Sequence record: LR756504.1
Direction: 5' to 3' (one strand)
DNA length: 64,000 nucleotides
Below, in pieces: positions 56,096-64,000 of the stretch. The position numbers and the translations under genes are program-made. Under the pieces are notes generated by a model. It ran no database searches, was not told the origin of the DNA, and was given only the letters and a program-made list of their open reading frames with translations. How positions within the stretch are numbered: the stretch's first letter is position 1; the number at the start of each line of letters is the position of its first letter.

Positions 56096-56155
56096 TATGG
56101 TATTAAATATTTTTAGTTATATATAAAAAAATTATGTTCTGATTGATTAAAATGG

Positions 56156-56176
56156 AAAAAACCGCACTAGGCGGTT
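56156..56176 (-). terminator. rho-independent terminator
   Basis: AACCGC-ctagt-GCGGTT followed by a T-run on the minus strand. Confidence 0.65.
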
Positions 56177-56196
56177 AAAAAAAATCTTATTAAAAT

Positions 56197-56409
56197 TTAC
56201 TTCTTTTTTGGAGCTTTAGGCTTAAGTTTAGAGTGCTGTTTTTTAACAGTTTCTTCTACTTTTTTAGTTGTATCTTTAATTTTTTCAACAACTTGTGCTT
56301 CTTTTTCTTTTACTAATTTAACGAATTTTTCTGTTTTTGTATCAGTTTTAGCATCTTTAACAAAAACATATTTAACTTTTGTCCATAATTGTTTAAATAA
56401 CTTCAACAT
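56197..56409 (-). CDS. small Lys-rich hypothetical protein
   Basis: 70 aa; ends KLKPKAPKKK. Confidence 0.6.
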   Translation of the reverse strand: MLKLFKQLWTKVKYVFVKDAKTDTKTEKFVKLVKEKEAQVVEKIKDTTKKVEETVKKQHSKLKPKAPKKK

Positions 56410-56468
56410 AAAACTTATATATTTTTTATTATATAGTAAAATGTTATTTTTCCCTTATAGGGAAACTA

Positions 56469-57035
56469 TTATTTGTATGAACCTATTCCATCAAATCCAC
56501 CAGATGATTTAACAGGCTTTTTGATAAAATGTTTAGACATTTTACCTAAATATACATCACAATCATTATCAAATGCTTGACAATTGCATTTTCTTGAAAA
56601 TTCTTCTACTTTAGCAACAGCATCATCATAATGAAGTCCACTACATACAACTTCGCAATCAGTATCACTTTGTTTATCAATACCTAATCTTTCACCATTA
56701 TTTGTCATACATTTAATAATACACCAATCAGCTTTAGGTGTAGTAGAGAAATTGTCATTTGGATTAAATCCAGTAGAAACTGGTAAGTCGACTTCTGGTT
56801 TTGGACAAATTGCTATTACGCCATCTTCCATAGCATCAATTTCTTCTTCTTTAGATGCATCACCTGTTTTAACTTTTACTTCAATTTCCAATGAATCTTC
56901 AACATTTTCAGCTTCGACATCATTTTCTACACCATATTCCAATTTATCTTCAATATCTTTAATGGTTTCTTCTTCATTTTCATTTAGATAACCATTTTTA
57001 TAATTCTCGTATGTTTTTAAATATTTACTTTTCAT
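56469..57035 (-). CDS. acidic hypothetical protein with capsid-targeting-like leader
   Basis: MKSKYLKTYENYKNGYLNE; TAATATATA at 57059-57067. Confidence 0.7.
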   Translation of the reverse strand: MKSKYLKTYENYKNGYLNENEEETIKDIEDKLEYGVENDVEAENVEDSLEIEVKVKTGDASKEEEIDAMEDGVIAICPKPEVDLPVSTGFNPNDNFSTTPKADWCIIKCMTNNGERLGIDKQSDTDCEVVCSGLHYDDAVAKVEEFSRKCNCQAFDNDCDVYLGKMSKHFIKKPVKSSGGFDGIGSYK

Positions 57036-57122
57036 ATGAAAAAGTCTATGTTTTTCTGTATATATTAAAAATTATACTCATATTTCTAAACTTTGCTTAT
57101 AAAATAATTATTATTATAATAA

Positions 57123-57154
57123 GTTGGAATTATGCTATTAAATACTTAACTTTG
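57123..57154 (+). promoter_or_regulatory. Bacteroidota-type promoter (near consensus)
   Basis: GTTG-N20-TAACTTTG upstream of the sigma gene. Confidence 0.55.
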
Positions 57155-57175
57155 TATTATAGTTAATAAATAATT

Positions 57176-57718
57176 ATGAAAGAGGCGGACAAAAATAACG
57201 AGAGTGTAGTAACTTTATCTGTTAAAGAAATGACTGATAAGTTCATGGGCGTAAGAGGTGTGCTTTTTAGACATATTATGTTTAAATTCTATCTTAATAG
57301 AGATGATGCTGATGATTTACTTCAAGATGTATATTATAAAATGTTAAATAATATACACAAATTCAAATCTGATACAAATTTCAAAGCATGGGCTTATACA
57401 ATTACGTCAAGATTGTTTATTGATAAGTATAGAGTTAGCAAAAAAAACCAATGTGTTGACGTGGAAGATGATACATTAGAATTAATGTTAAAATCTGATA
57501 GAAATGGGAGCGATTCGTTATTCTTAATACAGGATATTAAGAAAGCTATTGCCGCTATTAAGAATCCAAGAGATAAACGATTAGCTGAAATGTACTACGA
57601 TGGCTTTAAATACGAAGAGATGGTAGATGAATTAAAAGTACCTATGGGTACTATCAAAGGTAGGTTACATAATGTTAAAGCGTATTTGGCCAAAGAATTA
57701 GCAATGTATAATGTATAA
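57176..57718 (+). CDS. ECF-type RNA polymerase sigma-70 factor
   Basis: Region 2 DADDLLQDVYYK...FKAWAYTI; region 4 GFKYEEMVDELKVPMGTIKGRLHN. Confidence 0.9.
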   Translation: MKEADKNNESVVTLSVKEMTDKFMGVRGVLFRHIMFKFYLNRDDADDLLQDVYYKMLNNIHKFKSDTNFKAWAYTITSRLFIDKYRVSKKNQCVDVEDDTLELMLKSDRNGSDSLFLIQDIKKAIAAIKNPRDKRLAEMYYDGFKYEEMVDELKVPMGTIKGRLHNVKAYLAKELAMYNV

Positions 57719-57720
57719 AA

Positions 57721-57752
57721 TAAAGGGAGATTTAATCTCCCTTTATTTTTTT
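57721..57752 (+). terminator. rho-independent terminator
   Basis: AAAGGGAGA-tttaa-TCTCCCTTT plus T-run. Confidence 0.75.
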
Positions 57753-57766
57753 AATATAAAAATTAA

Positions 57767-58075
57767 ATGAAAATAATATTATCTATACCTGTTTATATTA
57801 ATATTATTCCTAAAGGAGTTAATTATTATAAAAATATTGATATTGAATGTACTTTTATTAAAAGAAAATATAACAATTTTAAATTGAATAAAGATGATTT
57901 AATTTCTAAATTGGGTGTATTTTTTTCGGATTCACATAATCAAAAAATAAACATTAATTGTTCTACTTGCTTTACTTTGGAGTCGGGTATTAATTTAGAA
58001 GATTATCCAAACTTCATTATATTAGAAAGGACTTTAAAAAGTCATAGAGATATTATTATAGAATCTCTTCTATAG
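57767..58075 (+). CDS. hypothetical protein
   Basis: 102-aa ORF. Confidence 0.45.
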   Translation: MKIILSIPVYINIIPKGVNYYKNIDIECTFIKRKYNNFKLNKDDLISKLGVFFSDSHNQKININCSTCFTLESGINLEDYPNFIILERTLKSHRDIIIESLL

Positions 58076-58760
58076 CATTTTCAACTTTAATTGATTCGTA
58101 TTCTACATTAGGAAATTTGGAAGCCATCATTTTATCTACGGCTTTTATAGTTTTTCTATTATCATCATAAAAATATACTTTAGTTGGATTATATTCAAAT
58201 ATTAATTGCGATATAACATCCGATTTCCATTTAGGTGTTGTTCCTGAATTACCTGGATATGTAAATAAGCCTCTATTTGGTAATTCTAAATTAAATTTAG
58301 TCAAACAATCTTTAACTTTATCTTCCATTCTAAAACTTCTTGCTGTAATTATAGCTTTATTTTTAGCCATTTTGTATATATGTGCAATTTCGGGATTTAC
58401 TTCAGTTGGTAAACTAATATCGGATAAGCTAAATTGTGTAGGACTTGTCATATAGATTCTACTACCTTTAACCACCCAATTTTTTACATTAGGTGTTATT
58501 TGGAAGCGTTGTTCATTGAGTACGTATATTCTACCATTTTCATGTTTTAAATCGTTTACAGAAGCTCCTATTTCATTTAAACAAATATTTAATAATGATG
58601 AAAGAGTGTGTCCTTCATTTAAAGTTTGAATAATCAAATCATTAAAGTATGGAGACCTTACAAGGGTATCATCGAAGTCAAAAATATAGAGTTCTTCTAT
58701 TTTATGCGATGCATTTTCAGCAGAAAAATTTTCAAATGTTTTAATGTGTTTACTTCCCAT
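58056..58760 (-). CDS. HAD-superfamily phosphatase (Swiss-Army-Knife RNA-repair-like) with capsid-targeting-like leader
   Basis: FDFDDTLVRSP, IITAR, YFYDDN; N-terminus MGSKHIKTFENF; TAATATATA at 58766-58774. Confidence 0.8.
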   Translation of the reverse strand: MGSKHIKTFENFSAENASHKIEELYIFDFDDTLVRSPYFNDLIIQTLNEGHTLSSLLNICLNEIGASVNDLKHENGRIYVLNEQRFQITPNVKNWVVKGSRIYMTSPTQFSLSDISLPTEVNPEIAHIYKMAKNKAIITARSFRMEDKVKDCLTKFNLELPNRGLFTYPGNSGTTPKWKSDVISQLIFEYNPTKVYFYDDNRKTIKAVDKMMASKFPNVEYESIKVENAIEEIL

Positions 58761-58790
58761 TGTATTATATATTAATACTAAAGGGTTATA

Positions 58791-58823
58791 AAAAAGGGGA
58801 AGTTTTTAACTCCCCCTTTTTTT
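58791..58823. terminator. rho-independent terminator of paralogue 4
   Basis: AAAAAGGGGAAGTT-ttt-AACTCCCCTTTTT. Confidence 0.7.
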
Positions 58824-58827
58824 GATA

Positions 58828-61050
58828 TTAAATTTCAGCTATTAAATCATTACTTCTATAACCATTTTCTTCTCCGTTGCTCCATACAACGTTGTATGGA
58901 TAATAATCGTCTTCCCATGGTTCGCGATTAAACACTTGTGTGATTGTTCCAATATTTTCTGGTGCTTGTTCATAAAACTTAGAATTGGTTTTAAGTTTTA
59001 CACGAGTTTCTACACCTACTAAATTGGTATCAACAATGTCAACCCAAACCATTTTCTTTTTCAACTTCTTAATGAACGTTCTCACAGTTTCATAAGTATT
59101 GCCTGTTTTTTGAACAAGTAAATCATTTAAAGTATATGTGTTAGTATTTCCATTTTTCCAAGTAATTGAAATACTACCATTTGATTTAGTATTATCAACT
59201 ACACCATTTGTACCTTGTGATTGATTTAAATATTGACTTCCTGGTTTTAGTTTAACTACATCACCTTTCTTTATTTCTTTAACTGATGTGAAGTCTCCTG
59301 ATGAGTAATCCCAATCATAGCTCAATTCCAAAATCGCTGAACCATCATTTTTCATTAATAAATTTTCAACACCTGGCTCTAACCCATACGCGATTAGTTC
59401 TTCTACTTGAGCATGTGAAAGATTTAGCCACAGCTTATCTTCGCTATAAAATATATTAAATTTTGATGCTATCTTAGCAAGAACAGCACCATCAATAAGT
59501 TTAGTCTTGGCAAAGTCAACAACATTCTTAAGAGTGATTCTATCAGTAAAAGAATCATCAAATTTAGCCATCATTTTTAATTGAGAATCATTGTAATTAT
59601 CAATTGACGATTTGAATAATTCTGGTTTTTCTTTAACAATTTTTTCATTAAGTGTATCTGATGTAATATCAGTCATTAAAAAGTTTTGAGAATCACCTTT
59701 GATATTTCTAATCCAACCATTAACATTATTAACTCTAACATATGGATGTGTAAGAACATCAACTAATTGTTCGTGATATTCTTTGTTATATTTTTTCTTA
59801 CTGATATTTTTAATTTTATCACCAAGTTGAAAACGTGTAAAGTCATTGCTGTCATAATTCATTGCAATGAAAGTGAGCGGAACATCATTTTTATCAAAAA
59901 GAACTAATACAGTATTGCAGTTATCCGTAAGATGTCCACTTCCAGCATTGAAAATATTTTCGGGTGTTTCAATATCTGACCAATAGAAACCATTATCATA
60001 TTTAATAAATGGCTTCTTGGGCAACATCTTGTTAAGAATATCTCTTTTCTTATGATAGTGACTATTACCTTGTGGTGTACCGTCAAGTCTATCCCATCTT
60101 TCGAGCCAATTCAAATCTTTAGGACTTCTATCTTTATCATTTCTATGTGAGATAAGAACTGGTACAAGATTTTCACCTTCTAATTTATAACCAAAGAATC
60201 TCATTGTATCAGCATAAGGTTTTCTTATTCTAGAATAATCTAGAATAGGAGGAATATAAACTAACATTTTAGGATCATTGTGTACTTTTACACCATCACT
60301 AATTTCTCTAAATGGGACATGTGTTTCTTGATTTGTACCTTGTCTCATTTTAAACCACCAACCTTTTTGAATAGCATAGTTTTTAAATGTTTCTTCCAAT
60401 GGTGCATCCATAGTATAAATTCTATCCATGAATGTTACTTTACCTATATTCTCAATTCCAACATTTTCCCAAATCAAAGCTCTACCAATTAAAAGTCCTT
60501 TTTCATTGAAAAGACAAAGCATTGAAATGTCATCATTATTTTCATAAACACTAAAAAATGTATTACATTTTTCGTGTCTCATACAAGAACCATACAAACT
60601 TCTTCCTGGATTTTGTCCTTCCCCGCTATATTGACTTAAATCGTATGTTTCTTGATTGTAATATTTAGTGATGTCTTTACCTTTAACTAATTTAAAATTG
60701 TGTGGGTTTTGTGTGGTTTTATATTCATTGACAAATTGTTCAATTTCTTTGTCAATAAAATTAAGTCCTTTATTTTGAAGAAATGCTCTAATAACTTTAC
60801 CAATAGCAACCTGTTGTCTACCTTTAGTCCACTTGTCTTTATCGGGCAATTCCTCTTTAGTTTTATGGCAAAACTCTTTCCCAGCAGGAAGCCATGAAAT
60901 CATCCCATCTGCTTTATCGAAGTCAATATAAGAGTTCTCTAAAAGATTCTCTTTGTTATTGTGTGCATCAACAAGAATTTTAGCATATGGGTGTGTCATT
61001 TGTGATAACACGGAAATCAATTTGCTACTTAGTATGATTCTCTTTTCCAA
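58828..61050 (-). CDS. SCMR-domain family protein, paralogue 4 (leaderless; two C-terminal SH3/KOW-like repeats)
   Basis: SCMRH...GRALIW...FMDRIY...WWFK...KPYADT; TTG start. Confidence 0.8.
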   Translation of the reverse strand: MEKRIILSSKLISVLSQMTHPYAKILVDAHNNKENLLENSYIDFDKADGMISWLPAGKEFCHKTKEELPDKDKWTKGRQQVAIGKVIRAFLQNKGLNFIDKEIEQFVNEYKTTQNPHNFKLVKGKDITKYYNQETYDLSQYSGEGQNPGRSLYGSCMRHEKCNTFFSVYENNDDISMLCLFNEKGLLIGRALIWENVGIENIGKVTFMDRIYTMDAPLEETFKNYAIQKGWWFKMRQGTNQETHVPFREISDGVKVHNDPKMLVYIPPILDYSRIRKPYADTMRFFGYKLEGENLVPVLISHRNDKDRSPKDLNWLERWDRLDGTPQGNSHYHKKRDILNKMLPKKPFIKYDNGFYWSDIETPENIFNAGSGHLTDNCNTVLVLFDKNDVPLTFIAMNYDSNDFTRFQLGDKIKNISKKKYNKEYHEQLVDVLTHPYVRVNNVNGWIRNIKGDSQNFLMTDITSDTLNEKIVKEKPELFKSSIDNYNDSQLKMMAKFDDSFTDRITLKNVVDFAKTKLIDGAVLAKIASKFNIFYSEDKLWLNLSHAQVEELIAYGLEPGVENLLMKNDGSAILELSYDWDYSSGDFTSVKEIKKGDVVKLKPGSQYLNQSQGTNGVVDNTKSNGSISITWKNGNTNTYTLNDLLVQKTGNTYETVRTFIKKLKKKMVWVDIVDTNLVGVETRVKLKTNSKFYEQAPENIGTITQVFNREPWEDDYYPYNVVWSNGEENGYRSNDLIAEI

Positions 61051-61074
61051 TTGAGTTATAATTTAAATTCCTTA

Positions 61075-61105
61075 CAAATATACAAACCTTTTTTCAAAAA
61101 ACAAA
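61075..61105 (-). promoter_or_regulatory. Bacteroidota-type promoter P1 of paralogue 4
   Basis: TTTG-N19-TATATTTG. Confidence 0.7.
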
Positions 61106-61164
61106 GAAATTAATAAAAATATTTAATTTCAAGCTATTTTCCCATAGTTTTTTGAGTTTAAATA

Positions 61165-61196
61165 CAAATATAGAGAAATGTTATCAACTATACAAA
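61165..61196 (-). promoter_or_regulatory. Bacteroidota-type promoter P2 of paralogue 4
   Basis: TTTG-N20-TATATTTG. Confidence 0.7.
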
Positions 61197-61200
61197 TAAA

Positions 61201-61224
61201 AAAAGGAGTTTTTCAACTCCTTTT
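61201..61224 (-). terminator. rho-independent terminator
   Basis: AAAAGGAGTT-tttc-AACTCCTTTT at the end of 61223..62341. Confidence 0.7.
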
Positions 61225-62341
61225 AATCTATTTTAAGATAATCTTTAATTTTTTCTTGGGCAGTTTCTTTATCGACTTTTATTATTTTCTTGTTACCCTT
61301 TTTTTGTAGTATATTTAAATGTGTTAAAATTTTACTAGCATCCTCCAATTCTTTACCTGTTAAATCAGCATTAGACATTTTCATAATCTTATTTAGCTGC
61401 GCCATATATGGTATAGAATCACCTATTTTAGTATCACTTGAAAAAATAATATCGATAAGTGTATTGTATTGTGAGAATGTTTTATATTTAGTATCTTTTT
61501 GTATTTTGGTTTCAAAATCAGTTACTCCTCTATGATTATAGTAATTTTTAAACCAAATACCAATAATTATAAATACTTCTATAATTGTAGAGAAAATTAA
61601 AAATCTAATAGAATTATCAGCATTCGAAGAAATAGATTCATTTGCTTTATTTTCTGTACTTTCTTTATGATTTGTTAATAAGTCATTACGTTCTTTTTTT
61701 AATTCTTTTATCTTAGCATCATTTTTTTCTATAAGAGCTTGATTCTCTTTTATTTGCTCTCTATAATATTTTTTATCTCTTTGAGTTGTAGCATCATCTG
61801 ATTTCTCTTCATAATCTAATTTCTTTTTTGATAAAAATTCTGAAGCAGAGTCTAATTTACTAATTTTATTATCGTATAGTGTTGTTGTAGAATCTTGGTA
61901 TGTTTTAACTGTTATTTCAGTAGTTTCTTTTATTTCATCGGTTTTCGCTGCATATGATCTTGCACCATTTAAAGATAAATAAAAACTTATACTTATACAT
62001 ACCATTGCACTTAGAGCTAATACTTTAATTTCAGTGCCATTAAATTTAAATTTCTCTCTTATGAATGCTAAACTAAATTTATCGAATAAATATCTTTTAA
62101 AAAATTCTAATCCTGATAAAATTAAAACACAAATAATTAATGCTATTGCTAAAGTAGATGGTGATTGTGTAGTAATAGCTTGTTTTAATATTTTATCTGC
62201 ATGAAAATAAGCAAATACAATACTAAAAATATTAGCAACAAAGCTAGCATAAAATAAAATTTTAGTCAATCCTCTGTAATTGGAAAAGAAATCTTTATTT
62301 TTTACTTCTTCTTTTAATTTTTTATAGTCATTAAAGTTCAT
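61223..62341 (-). CDS. membrane protein with three N-terminal TM helices, a coiled coil and a fourth TM helix
   Basis: Hydrophobic segments ILFYASFVANIFSIVFAYF, LAIALIICVLILSGL, VLALSAMVCISISFYL and FLIFSTIIEVFIIIGIWF flank a charged coil. Confidence 0.7.
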   Translation of the reverse strand: MNFNDYKKLKEEVKNKDFFSNYRGLTKILFYASFVANIFSIVFAYFHADKILKQAITTQSPSTLAIALIICVLILSGLEFFKRYLFDKFSLAFIREKFKFNGTEIKVLALSAMVCISISFYLSLNGARSYAAKTDEIKETTEITVKTYQDSTTTLYDNKISKLDSASEFLSKKKLDYEEKSDDATTQRDKKYYREQIKENQALIEKNDAKIKELKKERNDLLTNHKESTENKANESISSNADNSIRFLIFSTIIEVFIIIGIWFKNYYNHRGVTDFETKIQKDTKYKTFSQYNTLIDIIFSSDTKIGDSIPYMAQLNKIMKMSNADLTGKELEDASKILTHLNILQKKGNKKIIKVDKETAQEKIKDYLKID

Positions 62342-62354
62342 ATTAAATATAGTT

Positions 62355-62414
62355 TTACGAATATTGTATTCCTAATTTTAGATTTGTTTTAAAATAGGGA
62401 TACAATATTCGTAA
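62355..62414. terminator. long imperfect hairpin downstream of the clp gene
   Basis: ttacgaatattgtattcct ... agggatacaatattcgtaa (19-bp arms, one mismatch). Confidence 0.55.
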
Positions 62415-62436
62415 TTATCTATTATATATCTGATAA

Positions 62437-64000
62437 TCAAGCTTCTTTCTCTTCTTTCAATCCTACAGATATTGCATCATTTTCTATATTAATAACAAGT
62501 GTAGAATCATTTTCAGGAGCGTTTACAAGTAAGAATTCACAAAGAGCATCGGTAATTTCATTCTGAATAGTTCTTTTTAAGAATCTTGCACCATATTCTT
62601 CACTATATCCCTTATCAACCAAATATGTTTTAGCCTTTTTAGTGATTTTAAGATTATATCCTCTATTATCTTTAAGCATTTTTCTAACGCTATCAATCTC
62701 AATCTCCATAATTTCAGCCATCTGATCTTTTTTCAATTGTTCGAATACTATTATATCATCAATCCTATTCCATATTTCTGGGGTAAAGAATTTCTTAGCA
62801 GTTTCGATACTTTTATCACGAAGTTTATTATCGTCTTTAGCAAATCCAACAGATTTAATAGCAGTTTCTCTTGCACCAAGATTAGAAGTCATAATGACAA
62901 TACAATTTCTAAAGTTAATTTTTTTACCACTACCATCCGTCAATTCACCAACATCTAACATTTGAAGAAGAGTGTTTAATACTTCTGGATTTGCTTTTTC
63001 TACTTCATCTAATAAAACTAAACTATACGGATTCCTTCTTAATTGTTCAAACTTACCACCTTTATCATGCCCAACATATCCTGGAGGCGCACCAATTAAA
63101 GCTGATGAACTAATCTTTTCCATGAATTCTGACATATCAAGTCTTAACAATGCACCGTTATACCAAGATTCTGCTAAAACTTTTGCAAGTTCTGTTTTAC
63201 CCGTGCCTGTCATACCAAGGAACAAAAAACTAGCAACGGGTTTGTTTGGTGAGTTAATCCCAAGAACACTCCTTCTTAATGCCTTAACGATTTTATCTTT
63301 TGCTTCTTGTTGACCAATGATACGTTCATCAAAATTTTTAATAAGTGTTTTTATTTTATCACCACCATTAAGTGTCATATCATCAAGAGGGATTTTTGAT
63401 TGTAAAGATATAACTTTAAGAATATCCTCTCTATTAATAACTCTTTTATTCTCCTCTCTTTTGGTTTCCCATTTATTAATTTCTTTAGTTAAAGATGTTT
63501 GAGTCTTTTTAATAGACTTCTTTAATAGCATAATATCTTGCCATCTCTCTTCTACTATTATAGATTTCTTTTCTTCATTTAAATCAGCAAGTTCTTGTTC
63601 AAGTTTTGATACTTTATCAGGGAAAGACATTGATTCTATATTAGCTTTTGCACCAGCTTCATCAACTAAGTCTATAGCTGAATCTGGTAAATGTCTGTCA
63701 GGTAAAAATCTTTTTGCAAGAAATGGAATTTCGGCTAAAACATCGTCGGGATAAACAACAGAATGATATTGTTCATAGCTTTCTTTACAATTTTGTAAAA
63801 TTTTTACAGTTGTTTCGGGTGTTGGATCTTCGACGCTAAGTTTTTGAAATCTTCTCGCCATTGCACCATCCTTTTCAAAATATTTTTTACATTCATCGTG
63901 TGTAGTAGCACCTATACATTGAATAGTACCATTACTCAAATGTGGTTTGAGTATATTTGCAATATTCATTGAGTTATTACTACTGCTATCCATAATAATA
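62437..64000 (-). CDS. clpC: ClpC/ClpA-type AAA+ ATPase, 5' truncated by window edge
   Basis: NILKPHL...IGATT...LARRFQ, PDSAIDLVDEAGA, GMTGTGKT, LLDEVEKA, VGF loop; frame stays open to the window end. Confidence 0.85.
   Translation of the reverse strand, partial: IIMDSSSNNSMNIANILKPHLSNGTIQCIGATTHDECKKYFEKDGAMARRFQKLSVEDPTPETTVKILQNCKESYEQYHSVVYPDDVLAEIPFLAKRFLPDRHLPDSAIDLVDEAGAKANIESMSFPDKVSKLEQELADLNEEKKSIIVEERWQDIMLLKKSIKKTQTSLTKEINKWETKREENKRVINREDILKVISLQSKIPLDDMTLNGGDKIKTLIKNFDERIIGQQEAKDKIVKALRRSVLGINSPNKPVASFLFLGMTGTGKTELAKVLAESWYNGALLRLDMSEFMEKISSSALIGAPPGYVGHDKGGKFEQLRRNPYSLVLLDEVEKANPEVLNTLLQMLDVGELTDGSGKKINFRNCIVIMTSNLGARETAIKSVGFAKDDNKLRDKSIETAKKFFTPEIWNRIDDIIVFEQLKKDQMAEIMEIEIDSVRKMLKDNRGYNLKITKKAKTYLVDKGYSEEYGARFLKRTIQNEITDALCEFLLVNAPENDSTLVINIENDAISVGLKEEKEA

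Noticed and set aside
7372-63502. Short antisense or alternate-frame ORFs nested in long genes (e.g. 7372, 8115, 17934, 18959, 21581, 26481, 30478, 38749, 62972)
   Set aside because: They lie wholly inside well-supported CDSs, show shadow-frame composition and lack promoters
1-64000. Stop-codon reassignment as seen in some jumbo phages
   Set aside because: Code 11 gives dense long ORFs, and TAG acts as a normal stop (18548-18550 with the next ATG 3 nt later; 44722-44724)
1-64000. tRNA/rRNA genes
   Set aside because: No cloverleaf or rRNA-like GC-rich segment was recognised and intergenic gaps are short; a tRNAscan run would be needed to exclude them fully
1-64000. Eukaryotic giant virus or bacterial chromosome origin
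   Set aside because: T4-like baseplate, uvsW and phoH genes, bacterial promoters and terminators, a sigma factor and bS21 all fit a jumbo phage

Overview
Very AT-rich, gene-dense 64-kb segment of a large T4-like (myovirus-type) jumbo phage, standard genetic code, most likely infecting Bacteroidota. Host evidence: repeated TTTG-N19/20-TAnnTTTG promoters, A-rich translation starts without Shine-Dalgarno sequences, and Bacteroidota-like bS21, adk and FKBP. The window holds baseplate/tail genes (gp6-like wedge, gp5-like spike, gp53-like, hub-like and tube-initiator-like proteins, two giant LamG proteins of 2912 and 2458 aa, a fibre-like protein), recombination genes (uvsW, uvsY-like), phoH, an ECF-like sigma factor, a ClpC/ClpA-type ATPase truncated by the window edge, and accessory genes (rpsU, adk, FKBP PPIase, VOC enzyme, RimJ/RimL GNAT, CAP, tandem OmpA-like, PIN, HAD, 2H phosphoesterase, a Zn-repeat endonuclease). 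Main observations: (1) four paralogues share an uncharacterised ~280-aa SCMR/GRAxxW/MDR(I/V)Y domain. Two carry an N-terminal leader ending in Glu exactly where the other two begin; the leadered pair follows a late-type motif and the leaderless pair follows host-type promoters, suggesting virion-packaged and early-made versions of one effector. (2) A T4-like capsid-targeting leader recurs on several unrelated proteins. (3) Three promoter classes can be read from the DNA. (4) The gp5 spike carries a catalytically degenerate M15 peptidase domain. No tRNA, rRNA or CRISPR array was recognised. All family assignments come from motif recognition by eye, not database searches.
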